From IMG/VR virus record IMGVR_UViG_3300044648_000427: a stretch of 64,000 bases of DNA; one strand, given 5' to 3'. A program made the position numbers and the translations under genes. The number at the start of each line of letters is the position of its first letter. Positions within the stretch are counted from its first letter, which is position 1. This DNA comes from a virus. The notes below the pieces were generated by a model that made no database searches, was not told the origin of the DNA, and was given only the letters and a program-made list of their open reading frames with translations. Positions 1 through 9,187 of the stretch are shown piece by piece.

Positions 1-941
1 GTTGCAGTATCACATCCAAATACTATTACCGCTTTAGCTCCGTGGGTCATCTCTGCAGGAACTTCAATTGTTGTGTTTCCAGTTGTTGCAGGTTCAAGTG
101 CTGAAGTAGTAAAATATTCACCACCTCTTAGAGCAAGATATGATTTTACAGTCGCAACAGAGAACGAACTATTTGTAAGTGTGAAACCAGTTGCATCAAG
201 TGAAATAATTGAACAGGTATTAAAAATGGCTCCTGTAGTAGCATTCATATCTGAAGTAATTCCGGCTCCTGTGTTGATTAGCTGCCAAGTATCCATAGCG
301 GTTCTCCCACCACCTTCAGATACAAAACCAGCTCCACCCCTAAAGTTAATAGTTGAATTGGTACAACCAGCAACACCTAATACAAATGATGACCCATCAC
401 CTACTGCGGTATTAAATGCAGTATTATGTCCTGATACCAGAAATAACATTTGAGGTTGGAATCCGGGGCCGGTATATCCTACATTAGTACCATTAGCTGA
501 AATGGTAATATCTCCTACTTTGGCATTTGTTAAGTCACTACCTCCCAGAAAAAGAACATGTAATTTAAATGCAGCAGTTGGTGCATTACTCCAGTTAATA
601 CGCATCCCATCAGCGTTCCATTGTACAAAACTTGCTCTAGCATCTTCTGTTGTTAATGTTCCTGTCTGATTAAGTAGGACAATTATGGAATCATTTCGTG
701 CTATACGTGCAGCGTCTGATGTTGCAACTGCATCCTCTGATACATTACAGTAACAACGTGAATTGGTTCCATCTGTAAACCCAAAACCAAAAGAGAATCC
801 ATTAACAAAAGTATCTACTGCATTATTACCAGCGGTAAACCATACAATAGCGGCTTTGGGTGTGAAAGATGTTCCTGTTAAGTCTTGATCTCCAGTACTG
901 GTGTTGGCTGTAAATGTTAAAACTTTAGCACTAAATACCAT
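1..941 (-). CDS. Virion/tail-fibre protein (partial, runs off the window start); not in the ORF track
   Basis: ATG at 941 reads MVFSAKVLTFTANTSTGDQDLTGTSFTPKAAIIVWFTAGNNAVDTFVNGFSFGFGFTDGTN and appears open to the window edge. Same repeat domain (F-x-PK...FGFSDGTN) as the C-terminal half of 19977..22427. Confidence 0.75.
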   Translation of the reverse strand, partial: MVFSAKVLTFTANTSTGDQDLTGTSFTPKAAIVWFTAGNNAVDTFVNGFSFGFGFTDGTNSRCYCNVSEDAVATSDAARIARNDSIIVLLNQTGTLTTEDARASFVQWNADGMRINWSNAPTAAFKLHVLFLGGSDLTNAKVGDITISANGTNVGYTGPGFQPQMLFLVSGHNTAFNTAVGDGSSFVLGVAGCTNSTINFRGGAGFVSEGGGRTAMDTWQLINTGAGITSDMNATTGAIFNTCSIISLDATGFTLTNSSFSVATVKSYLALRGGEYFTTSALEPATTGNTTIEVPAEMTHGAKAVIVFGCDTA

Positions 942-946
942 GTTTA

Positions 947-1237
947 TTATTCATCCAAAGCGTTTATGGTAGCATCTTTCTGATGTACTTGATTTATATC
1001 ATTTTGAAATGCATTTAGATGATCTTTAGCATGTTTTAATGATAAATTATCTACACTTGTAAAACTATTTCCGTTATTTACTATTGAGTTACTATTCATA
1101 TAATTATCGTGTTCTGTTATTACTTCATTTAATCTCGTTAAAGCGTTTGAAATATCGTCACTTTGGACAAGATTTTTTATATATTTTCGTTGATCTTTGT
1201 ACCTATAATAATATTCATGTATTATTAGATTAGTCAA
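947..1237 (-). CDS. Hypothetical protein
   Basis: ORF track; overlaps the upstream gene and abuts the downstream gene. Confidence 0.6.
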   Translation of the reverse strand: MTNLIIHEYYYRYKDQRKYIKNLVQSDDISNALTRLNEVITEHDNYMNSNSIVNNGNSFTSVDNLSLKHAKDHLNAFQNDINQVHQKDATINALDE

Positions 1238-1841
1238 GTGTGAACACCAAATGTGCTGTTAGAGATCCTGTAGTTCCAGTTCCAGAAGTTTGTTGTAACG
1301 TAAGGCCATCAAGTCCGCCCGGTCGTAATTGTATTGCAGAACCATTTCTTGAACCTGAGAATATTACATATACTCCTGCTGTGTTAACTGAAAAGGTAGC
1401 TCCTCCAAGTATATAAGGGGTTACTGGAGCAGGTGTTTGAAATATACTTACTGTGGCTCCAGTTTTTACGAGTACATCATTTGGGATTGCTGTGTTATTT
1501 GGATAATCAGCGGCATATTTCAATATTGAAAGATCTGTTCCTCCAGTTGGAACGGTATTAATATATCCTAATTGTAATGTTACTACATGGTTAGCTAAAG
1601 TCCTTGGATAAACATATACTTCTTGAATTCTAATTCTCTTTGTTGCTAATCTATTGAAAATAGAAATAATATTTTTATTTAGTGCAGGAGCAACGTTATC
1701 GGCTACTGCTTGATATGTAGGGATATCCGCTGTTAACGTTTCTTGAACATTAATCGATGTACCTGAGAAATCAGGATGTTGATTAGTTTCAAAAACGACA
1801 AGTTTCTTACCGTCTGGTAAATCTATGACACTTTCGGGCAT
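1230..1841 (-). CDS. Putative virion structural protein
   Basis: Thr/Gly/Val-rich, beta-type sequence; preceded by the TAGTT motif at -36. Confidence 0.6.
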   Translation of the reverse strand: MPESVIDLPDGKKLVVFETNQHPDFSGTSINVQETLTADIPTYQAVADNVAPALNKNIISIFNRLATKRIRIQEVYVYPRTLANHVVTLQLGYINTVPTGGTDLSILKYAADYPNNTAIPNDVLVKTGATVSIFQTPAPVTPYILGGATFSVNTAGVYVIFSGSRNGSAIQLRPGGLDGLTLQQTSGTGTTGSLTAHLVFTLD

Positions 1842-1894
1842 ACAAAAAAATATAGAGTGACGAATTAAAGATAACTATGAAAAATTAGGGATTA

Positions 1895-2953
1895 TTAGAA
1901 AACTATCTCTTTCCAATTAGGATCTGTTTTAGTTTTAATCCATTCTTTACGTTTTATACCTCTGCTATACCAAACGATTATTACTTTGTTATAGCCGTTC
2001 ATGTTTTCGTATGAACGCATTTTTATTTTTGCGTCACTTTCTAGTATTTTCTTTTCAATTTCAATTGCTACAAGTTGATTATTTTCAGCATAAATAATAT
2101 CTGGAACCGGTTTACGAGTTATAACGTAACTTTCTAGTCCTCTTTCATGTGCGTCACTGATTACTATATCCCAATCACATTTTACCGGAATTCCTCTTTT
2201 TGATTGACTTATTTTGAGTCTTGTTTCTTCGGATCTTGGTATCCCTATATGTGGTTTGGATTTTCCTGTAAGAGATTCACTTATTTTCATTTTTACATCT
2301 TCTGGGGTTTCTTTACCTATTCTAGATTCATGGTAACATTCTTGTGAACAATACATACCATCTCCATATTCTTTGACACGTCTATTGTATATCCACCTTA
2401 ATTGTTGAAATTTCTTTTTACATTTTTCATTTTTACAAATTAATACAACTATGGGTGGGTCATGTCCTTGTTCTTGGTATAATCTTTTTCTTGTTTCACT
2501 TATTTTCTTTTTATGTTCTTCTGATAATGTTTTATTTTTTCTCCCACGTTGAGGACAAGATTTATCTATTTGTGAGTTACCTATTTTTTCTTTTCTCTCC
2601 TCAGTAAATTTTACTCCAGTTAAACTACATTTAATTGAACAAAAAATTTCTTTTCGTTTATTTCTATTTATTCTATGGTTATATTCCCATTGTTTCATTG
2701 TAAGTGGTTTATTGCATTGTGAACATTCAACTGTAATGGTTGGTGATAAATTACGTGTACCTTCATTATATGATTTTTTTAATGCAGTAGTTAATTTATT
2801 TCGTGTTTCTTGTGTTGGTTTTTTACCTAATTGGCCACATTCTTTTGAACAAAAAATTCCTCTTCCATTGTTTCGTTTTAAACGGTAGTTATACCACCAT
2901 TCATTGATTATTATATCTTTAGAACATGTTGTACATTTTACATTAATTTCCAT
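1895..2953 (-). CDS. Putative homing endonuclease: Zn-finger/NUMOD3 repeats plus C-terminal PD-(D/E)xK nuclease
   Basis: Three CxxC...(F/Y)CSxxC units, NUMOD3-like SEEHKKKIS and SEETRLKIS motifs, C-terminal PDII...AIEIEK. Confidence 0.75.
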   Translation of the reverse strand: MEINVKCTTCSKDIIINEWWYNYRLKRNNGRGIFCSKECGQLGKKPTQETRNKLTTALKKSYNEGTRNLSPTITVECSQCNKPLTMKQWEYNHRINRNKRKEIFCSIKCSLTGVKFTEERKEKIGNSQIDKSCPQRGRKNKTLSEEHKKKISETRKRLYQEQGHDPPIVVLICKNEKCKKKFQQLRWIYNRRVKEYGDGMYCSQECYHESRIGKETPEDVKMKISESLTGKSKPHIGIPRSEETRLKISQSKRGIPVKCDWDIVISDAHERGLESYVITRKPVPDIIYAENNQLVAIEIEKKILESDAKIKMRSYENMNGYNKVIIVWYSRGIKRKEWIKTKTDPNWKEIVF

Positions 2954-3040
2954 AAAAAATATATAGGGGGAGCAGTATATAAAGATTACTGCTATTAGAA
3001 TGTGTTTTGGGTTATTAACCTAATGTTAAAGTTCAGGTAT

Positions 3041-3514
3041 TTATCCCAAAGTCAAAGTCCACGACACCTGAAGTGTATCATTTGTTGCAAGCGTGACGGG
3101 TGTGAACGTATTTTCATGCGTCATTGTTCCAGCACTTGATGCGTTGAACAATGCAGCTTTTTGAACAGCAGTATGAGTACCTGATGCGGTAAATGTGATT
3201 GCTAATGTTGTAGTATTTGTACCTGCACTGTGAGTTCTTGTTGTAGCTTGTGCACGACCTAAACCGTTAGTTGTAATTTCAGAGGTCAGTGTTGTATCTC
3301 CTGCCGCTGGTGAACCAGTATCGGTTGTAACAGCTATATAATTTCCGCCTATTGTTCCTGCCGATGTGTTAGTATAAACTTGAGCATGGAAAAAGTCTCT
3401 TCCACCGTTAGTCAATAAGTTTGGTTTATTTTTGACAATTGTTTCCCACTTGTCAGAATTTGCTCTTTTAACTAAAACGGTTAAATATCCATGAATATTT
3501 GCATCTGGGTACAT
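3041..3514 (-). CDS. Minor tail/baseplate-associated structural protein
   Basis: NLLTNGGRD...YIAV..D...DTTLTSEI...GLGRA motif typical of tail-associated proteins; likely start MYPDAN at 3514; related to 17282..17998. Confidence 0.65.
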   Translation of the reverse strand: MYPDANIHGYLTVLVKRANSDKWETIVKNKPNLLTNGGRDFFHAQVYTNTSAGTIGGNYIAVTTDTGSPAAGDTTLTSEITTNGLGRAQATTRTHSAGTNTTTLAITFTASGTHTAVQKAALFNASSAGTMTHENTFTPVTLATNDTLQVSWTLTLG

Positions 3515-3515
3515 C

Positions 3516-3734
3516 TTAGCTGATCTCCCCCTTGCATTCTTCACAAATCGGTGATTTTCCAAATGGCAAATTATCAAAGGTTACTTCCTTTTTGCACATG
3601 GCACATGGTTTTGCACCAACTTCAACTATTCCTGTTTCTTTGGCATGTTTTTCCCATTCTTCGGGATCTGTAGTTTCAAAGGAGTATTCTTCTCTATAAT
3701 CAATGAATTTTCCTCCACCTTCTATAAACGACAT
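3516..3734 (-). CDS. Small Zn-finger protein
   Basis: CAMC...CEEC; TAGTT motif at -36. Confidence 0.6.
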   Translation of the reverse strand: MSFIEGGGKFIDYREEYSFETTDPEEWEKHAKETGIVEVGAKPCAMCKKEVTFDNLPFGKSPICEECKGEIS

Positions 3735-3816
3735 ATGAGTGTAGATAGAAGTTCTAATTAATGATAACTATGAGAAAAAATGTAAAGTTTATAAATGATA
3801 AAACTAACTTTAATTA

Positions 3817-4323
3817 ATGCCTAAAGGAAAGCCGGATCTATATAAAAGACAATTTAAAGGTAAATTTAGAAAATGTAAATGTGGATGTGGTGAAATAATT
3901 CCATATTTAAATAGTGCTAATAGGTTTATCAAATATAAATTAAGTCATAATTTAAAAAAATTTCATTTTAAAGGGGGTCAAGATAGTCCAAGATGGAAAG
4001 GTGGTAAAATTACTATGCCTGATGGTTATGTTAGAATATTAGTTCCAAATAATTATTATACAGATCATTCTAGTAGATTCATTTATAAAAGTGGTTATAT
4101 GATGGAACATCGTTTAGTGTGGGAACAATATCATAATGTTTGTTTACTTTCGTGGGCTCATGTTCATCATAAGAATGGTATTAAATATGATAATAAAATT
4201 GAAAATTTAGAAGCGATGATGGAAGGAAAACATGCTATCATCCATTTAATAGAAAATAATTTTCATATTGGAAAGAGAGATTATTCTAAATCTAAGAAGG
4301 CATTACGAATTTCGTTAAAATGA
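3817..4323 (+). CDS. HNH homing endonuclease
   Basis: CxCGCG N-terminus, WKGG..DGY, EHRLVWE, VHHKNG.K.DN..ENL; own TATA box (TTTATAAA near 3788); opposite strand to neighbours. Confidence 0.9.
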   Translation: MPKGKPDLYKRQFKGKFRKCKCGCGEIIPYLNSANRFIKYKLSHNLKKFHFKGGQDSPRWKGGKITMPDGYVRILVPNNYYTDHSSRFIYKSGYMMEHRLVWEQYHNVCLLSWAHVHHKNGIKYDNKIENLEAMMEGKHAIIHLIENNFHIGKRDYSKSKKALRISLK

Positions 4324-4783
4324 CTTGTATTGTCATCATTGAATGAAATATAGTACTTGTATTATCCTCTTCATCGATTCGCCTAAAATTAATTGGAACA
4401 ATAAGTGATATACCAAAAGCCGGAAAACCTCCAACTGATGTAGCGATTATTCTTGATACTTCTTTGTTAAGATTTGTCATGGTTTGAGGATATTGTTCGC
4501 TTAATTCCCTACAGAAAGTATGAATTTCTATAAATAATGAATGATCCCATACTTTATTACCCAGAGCTGCTGATCCCATAATATCTGCATTAAGTAGCAC
4601 GGATATTACATAATCATGTCCATTATCATACCAATCAGTGTTAAAGTGTACATTCTTGAATTCATTTGGATCATCTATAGGAGGATTATTTATCGCCCAA
4701 GAAGATTTAAGTTTATCAATAATTATTTTAAGTACTTGATTATTAGAAATGTTAGGTTTATTACCCCCTAAAACTATAGGCAT
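4292..4783 (-). CDS. Putative tail terminator/tail completion protein
   Basis: Size, position near the tail tube gene, alpha/beta pattern ending FHSMMTIQV; TACTT motif at -35. Confidence 0.5.
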   Translation of the reverse strand: MPIVLGGNKPNISNNQVLKIIIDKLKSSWAINNPPIDDPNEFKNVHFNTDWYDNGHDYVISVLLNADIMGSAALGNKVWDHSLFIEIHTFCRELSEQYPQTMTNLNKEVSRIIATSVGGFPAFGISLIVPINFRRIDEEDNTSTIFHSMMTIQVILTKFVMPS

Positions 4784-4805
4784 AGAAAAACAAACTTATC
4801 GTTGT

Positions 4806-5459
4806 CTAATAGGAAGTATTTTCAAACTTTAGTAAAAAATTATTGTGAGCGTTTCTTATTATCCAATTTTCTTCTGTACAAAGATTTCTATTATGCATAA
4901 TTTTTATTCCTGAAACTGTAATATGGAAAGAATCTGGAGCAAATATACCTATTTGATTTGTTTGTGTTTTTTTTATTGGAATAGCATGTTTATTTTGGTA
5001 ATATGTAAATTCCCATGGATTATGATAAACTAAAGGAAAATCTACATATGCTTCGGGGGAATCATCTCGTTGGAGTTTAAGTTTATAGAGATTTTTGTGT
5101 TTGAAATCATAACTCTTTATTCTTTCATATGAAAGCAGAAATTTTTCCCAATCTCCTTCAATATATTCATCTGAATCAATAATGATTAAGTTATCTGTTT
5201 TGCAAAGGTTTTTAACTAACTTACGTTTGTCTACTTCATAATCATTGGGTCTATCAATAATTTTGACTTTATCAAAGTTTTGTAGATATTCTCTGCTACC
5301 GTCAGTTGAAAGTTGATTAAATTCTGTTCCCATTTTATGTTTTCCGTCAACTGCGATTACTTCATCTACATAGTCTATATATGTAGGTAGACTACGTTGT
5401 AAATTCCTCAAACAATTAAAGAACAATAATTCTACTGTGAATCCGCTCTTTTTTGCCAT
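4806..5459 (-). CDS. Glycosyltransferase family 2-like protein
   Basis: VDEVIAVDG, STDGS, IIDSDE (DxD) motifs. Confidence 0.8.
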   Translation of the reverse strand: MAKKSGFTVELLFFNCLRNLQRSLPTYIDYVDEVIAVDGKHKMGTEFNQLSTDGSREYLQNFDKVKIIDRPNDYEVDKRKLVKNLCKTDNLIIIDSDEYIEGDWEKFLLSYERIKSYDFKHKNLYKLKLQRDDSPEAYVDFPLVYHNPWEFTYYQNKHAIPIKKTQTNQIGIFAPDSFHITVSGIKIMHNRNLCTEENWIIRNAHNNFLLKFENTSY

Positions 5460-5710
5460 TCTAAAAGATAGTTTTTCACATCTTCAAATGTATTAAATTC
5501 TTTATGATCTTCAAACCTTAGATAGTAATTATTTAGAATTTTACTGACAGTTACACGATATTTAGTTAAAGATTGATCAAATAGTCTACGATCTTCAACT
5601 GCAAATATACTAGCAAGTTCAACTGATAACCTTGATTCAACATTAATTACATACTTCTCATTATTGATAGAAAATGTAATTTGATATGTAGGGTTAAGTA
5701 TTTCTTTCAA
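5432..5710 (-). CDS. Hypothetical protein
   Basis: ORF track. Confidence 0.5.
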   Translation of the reverse strand: MKEILNPTYQITFSINNEKYVINVESRLSVELASIFAVEDRRLFDQSLTKYRVTVSKILNNYYLRFEDHKEFNTFEDVKNYLLEWQKRADSQ

Positions 5711-5755
5711 TATTTATAATACTTCTCTTTTTTACGAACTTATAAAGTTTTCTGT

Positions 5756-6658
5756 ATGGTAGAATATATTCCAACAGGCTCGTGGGAATACGTAAAACAA
5801 CCTCAATTCGTTGAGGAAGTCGTATACGGAACGTTGCCTCTCGCTAATACAACTTTTACATCTTGTGGACTTATCACAGAGGTTACTCGTGAGTTCACTA
5901 TAGAAAACGAACAATATAGAATTCTTGGTTCAAGGGATATTCATACACAGATTAAATTGGGAGAACAGCACACTTTTTCATTTAAATACCGACCACAAAA
6001 CATGGTACTTGCAAAGTATGGAACTGATTTGCCTGTAGGAACAGGAACAAATGCTAAGAGTATCAGTATTCTTGTCTCAAAAAATGTTGATGGAGTAGAG
6101 AAATTCAAAGTCTTTACTGGTGTAAAAACCGCATCAATTACAATTGAAATTACAAGAGCTTCTGGTGTTAATGTTACTCAAAACTTCAAGTGTAAGAATA
6201 TTACTGAATGGGGAACTGCTCCTGTATTTACAGGAACTACAACTTATGCAACATTAAGTGCCGCTGATCCATGGACTGGAATTTCATCCGGTGTAGATCC
6301 ATTGACTATTGATGCTGTTGCTTATGATACACCAAGATTCAGTGTTACTGTTGATCAAGGTTTACAAGAACTGAAACCAAATGGCCAATTAACACTTAAA
6401 TACTTGTTCGCAACCAACAGAACAATTACAGTTGACTTTGATACATGGGTTAAAGATACAGTATTGAATGCTGCACAGGCTGCTTATACAGCTCAGGCCG
6501 CAGAGTACATGTTGAATAACAGTACGCAAGATACTAAGCTGGTCTTTACATCACTCAAGTTCGACTCAGCTTCTGAAGGTGATACTGCTGGTGGAGCCGA
6601 ATTTACAATGGCTAAATTCAGTGGTACAGCAAAAACAATGACGATAACAGTCGTCTAA
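5756..6658 (+). CDS. Major tail tube protein
   Basis: 300-aa Thr-rich two-lobe beta protein with N-terminal E...YGT.P motif, upstream of the chaperones and tape measure; followed by an oligo-T terminator. Confidence 0.75.
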   Translation: MVEYIPTGSWEYVKQPQFVEEVVYGTLPLANTTFTSCGLITEVTREFTIENEQYRILGSRDIHTQIKLGEQHTFSFKYRPQNMVLAKYGTDLPVGTGTNAKSISILVSKNVDGVEKFKVFTGVKTASITIEITRASGVNVTQNFKCKNITEWGTAPVFTGTTTYATLSAADPWTGISSGVDPLTIDAVAYDTPRFSVTVDQGLQELKPNGQLTLKYLFATNRTITVDFDTWVKDTVLNAAQAAYTAQAAEYMLNNSTQDTKLVFTSLKFDSASEGDTAGGAEFTMAKFSGTAKTMTITVV

Positions 6659-6709
6659 ACTCATTTTTTTTCGAAACTTTTATATTACTGATTAACTATT
6701 AATTACTTA

Positions 6710-7342
6710 ATGAATAAAAATATTTCATTAGCTTTATTGCTCCTAGCTCTTATGCTAACAGCAACGGCTTCACTTAATATAAACGTTTCTGCTGAAGAAG
6801 GCGGAGATGGTGGCGATTCTGGAGGAGACTCTGGAGGCGATAGCGGAGGGGATTCCGGCGGCGATAGCGGCGATAGTGGCGATAGCGGTGGAGACTCAGG
6901 AGGCGATGACGGTGGAGATTCCGGCGACAGCGGCGATGACGGTGGAGATGATAGCGGATCAGACGATGGAGGAGATACGGATACAGGCGGAAATGACGAT
7001 GGAACGGATGGCGGAACTGGAGGAAACGACGATGGAACTGGTACGGACGATGGTACAGGCGGAAATGACGATGACAACGATGGAGACGGTGATGGCCGAG
7101 ATAACGATGATGATGATGATAGAGATGATAAAGACAAAAATAAAAAAGTTATAATCAAAAAGAAGACAGTATATAGAGATGACGATGATGACGATGATGA
7201 TGACAACAAAAACTATTATTACTATCAACCACCAAATTATGCACAGGGCGAAAATAGCGAAATCTATAAATTCTGTGTATTACTCAAATCAAGTGGAGAT
7301 CTAAATAAAGACTTTAATTGTCTGCAATTTCTCCCACCTTAA
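6710..7342 (+). CDS. Secreted Gly/Asp-rich low-complexity protein (moron)
   Basis: Signal peptide, GGDS and GGNDDGT repeats, poly-Asp; own BRE-TATA (CGAAACTTTTATA) and oligo-T terminator. Confidence 0.75.
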   Translation: MNKNISLALLLLALMLTATASLNINVSAEEGGDGGDSGGDSGGDSGGDSGGDSGDSGDSGGDSGGDDGGDSGDSGDDGGDDSGSDDGGDTDTGGNDDGTDGGTGGNDDGTGTDDGTGGNDDDNDGDGDGRDNDDDDDRDDKDKNKKVIIKKKTVYRDDDDDDDDDNKNYYYYQPPNYAQGENSEIYKFCVLLKSSGDLNKDFNCLQFLPP

Positions 7343-7349
7343 TTTTTTT

Positions 7350-7739
7350 TTAACAAGTTTTAAAATTTATAGGTTGACCTTCTACTAGTCCGCATATTTT
7401 ACATACTATATGATATTTTGCATAACCATAATATCCACTATCATAATATTCATTATGCGGTTTACCATGTTCACACCAATTTCCATATATACAATGTGGC
7501 CCTTGTCCTGTTTGAGTTTTTTCCCATTCATGAGGACAGTTAGCATAAACTAGTAATGTAGCTTTATTCTTAATTCTACATATTTTTTCATGATATTCAC
7601 GATTAGTTGATTCTAGATCAGATATTTGTTGTGTTAATACACCTATTTCAGAAATATTAATTTTGATCTTACTCTCTAATTCTTTAATGTATTGTATGTC
7701 TTCATATGCAAGAAATTTATTTAATTGCTCATCTTTCAT
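7350..7739 (-). CDS. Hypothetical protein (coiled coil plus CxH...CxxC Zn site)
   Basis: ORF track; motifs read by eye. Confidence 0.6.
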   Translation of the reverse strand: MKDEQLNKFLAYEDIQYIKELESKIKINISEIGVLTQQISDLESTNREYHEKICRIKNKATLLVYANCPHEWEKTQTGQGPHCIYGNWCEHGKPHNEYYDSGYYGYAKYHIVCKICGLVEGQPINFKTC

Positions 7740-7786
7740 TGATTTTTATACTTCTTTTCTGTTTATAACCTTTTCCCCCTTTATAT

Positions 7787-8254
7787 ATGTCTGAAGAGGA
7801 AAAAACTCCTATAGAAGAAGCAGCCGTAGATTATACAAAACACTACCGAAAATATTATGAAGAATTAGCTGGAGTAAGAATGAAAGAAGTTACTAAATTA
7901 GCTAAAGAAGATCAATTTAATATTGATATCTTTGATGAAAAATCCGGTGAGTGGACAAGTAAACCTTTTAAATATAGAGAAATTCCAACAAAGAAATGGA
8001 TGGAATTAGAAGAATTACGTTCTCGTTATACTGATCTAGAAAAAGTTGCCGCAACAAAATTATTGGTTGCGAAAGATCAAAATACATATGATTATGCTCA
8101 ACAGTTAAATAAATTATTAAGTGAATTATATCAAAAAAGTGCTAAATACTTTTTAGGCATGGAAGAATACGAATTTGATAATTCCAAATGGACTCAAGTA
8201 AAAAGTATTATAGACGCTTGTAACCATAGAACAATCTTTACCCTCCCAAACTAA
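7787..8254 (+). CDS. Tail assembly chaperone (gpG-like)
   Basis: Position between tail tube and tape measure genes; ends in the slippery heptamer C CCA AAC just before TAA. Confidence 0.75.
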   Translation: MSEEEKTPIEEAAVDYTKHYRKYYEELAGVRMKEVTKLAKEDQFNIDIFDEKSGEWTSKPFKYREIPTKKWMELEELRSRYTDLEKVAATKLLVAKDQNTYDYAQQLNKLLSELYQKSAKYFLGMEEYEFDNSKWTQVKSIIDACNHRTIFTLPN

Positions 8255-8529
8255 GTCAGCAAATCCGCCAGTACTTCTTATCCGAAGGTGGGGTAAGAGC
8301 TGAGGATTTGAATGCTAAAGAAAAACTTTTCCTAAAGATTTGGGAAAGATTTCAAGTATGTAAAATGTTACCTCATGAATGGCTTACTGATGGTGAAGTT
8401 ATCGAGGAACATATGAATGGACTTGTTGAAATGCATAAATTACATAACAAGAAATTACAGATGGAAGCTGATCTTGCACAAAAGAAATCTGCGTCAAGAG
8501 GTGGAACATCCGTTCAAAGAGGATTTTAG
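8245..8529 (+). CDS. Tail assembly chaperone frameshift extension (gpT-like), reached by -1 frameshift
   Basis: The -1 frame from 8245 (CCC AAA CTA AGT...) is open and in frame with ORF 8308..8529. Confidence 0.7.
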   Translation, partial: PKLSQQIRQYFLSEGGVRAEDLNAKEKLFLKIWERFQVCKMLPHEWLTDGEVIEEHMNGLVEMHKLHNKKLQMEADLAQKKSASRGGTSVQRGF

Positions 8530-8561
8530 TTCACAAAAAGGACATTTACGTTACATTTTTT

Positions 8562-9125
8562 ATGCCGATGAAACTTCAAGGCTTCGAACAATGGGAGACT
8601 AAACTAAAGAATGCTGAAAAAGCTTTAGGTTTCGTGCCGGCCGCTACACTTAGCGAAGTAATGAAGATTGGTTTCAAAATCGCATACGACGAGGCACCTC
8701 AAGGAGAAACGGGATTCTTGAAATCATCTATCAATTACGAAATTTTTATGACCAGTTCAGGAGAAGTTGGAGAGTTAAGAGCTGATGCTCCATATGCGGG
8801 ATATGTTAATGATGGAACATCACGTAGGAAACGTGTGCCGTTTTTCTCTAATGCGGTAATAGCAATGAATATTGCCGTTTTTCGTATTTTAGAGAAAAAT
8901 ACTAAAGCTGCGTTAGAGGGTAACGTAACTAAAGTATTTGAACGAACTGAAGGTAAAAGAGGTGGAAATCCTCAACTAAGGTCACGTAAGCACTTGTATC
9001 AGAGTTATTCACGATCTGGTAAGAAACGTTATATTTATGCTAAAGGTAACAGACCCGGAACAGTAAAGTTCAGAGGTAAAATATATCGTGGACGAAATTA
9101 TGCATCAAGGTTCGAATCTGCATAA
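8562..9125 (+). CDS. HK97 gp10-like tail completion/neck protein with basic C-terminal extension
   Basis: AP..TG.LK.SI and APYAGYVNDGT.R...PFF motifs. Confidence 0.8.
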   Translation: MPMKLQGFEQWETKLKNAEKALGFVPAATLSEVMKIGFKIAYDEAPQGETGFLKSSINYEIFMTSSGEVGELRADAPYAGYVNDGTSRRKRVPFFSNAVIAMNIAVFRILEKNTKAALEGNVTKVFERTEGKRGGNPQLRSRKHLYQSYSRSGKKRYIYAKGNRPGTVKFRGKIYRGRNYASRFESA

Positions 9126-9187
9126 TCTTATATAAACTTTTCCTTACATAGTTATCTTATTCTAATCCATTAAATTTCTTTACATCT

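Noticed and set aside
73-453. Plus-strand 126-aa ORF
   Set aside because: Shadow of the real minus-strand gene 1..941
6703-7228. Ser/Pro-rich, Met-rich and Ile-rich alternative-frame ORFs; possible CRISPR-like repeat
   Set aside because: Frame artefacts of the Gly/Asp coding repeat; no constant repeat with unique spacers
9109-9118. GGTTCGAATC tRNA T-loop-like sequence
   Set aside because: Inside the gp10-like CDS; no T-stem or cloverleaf
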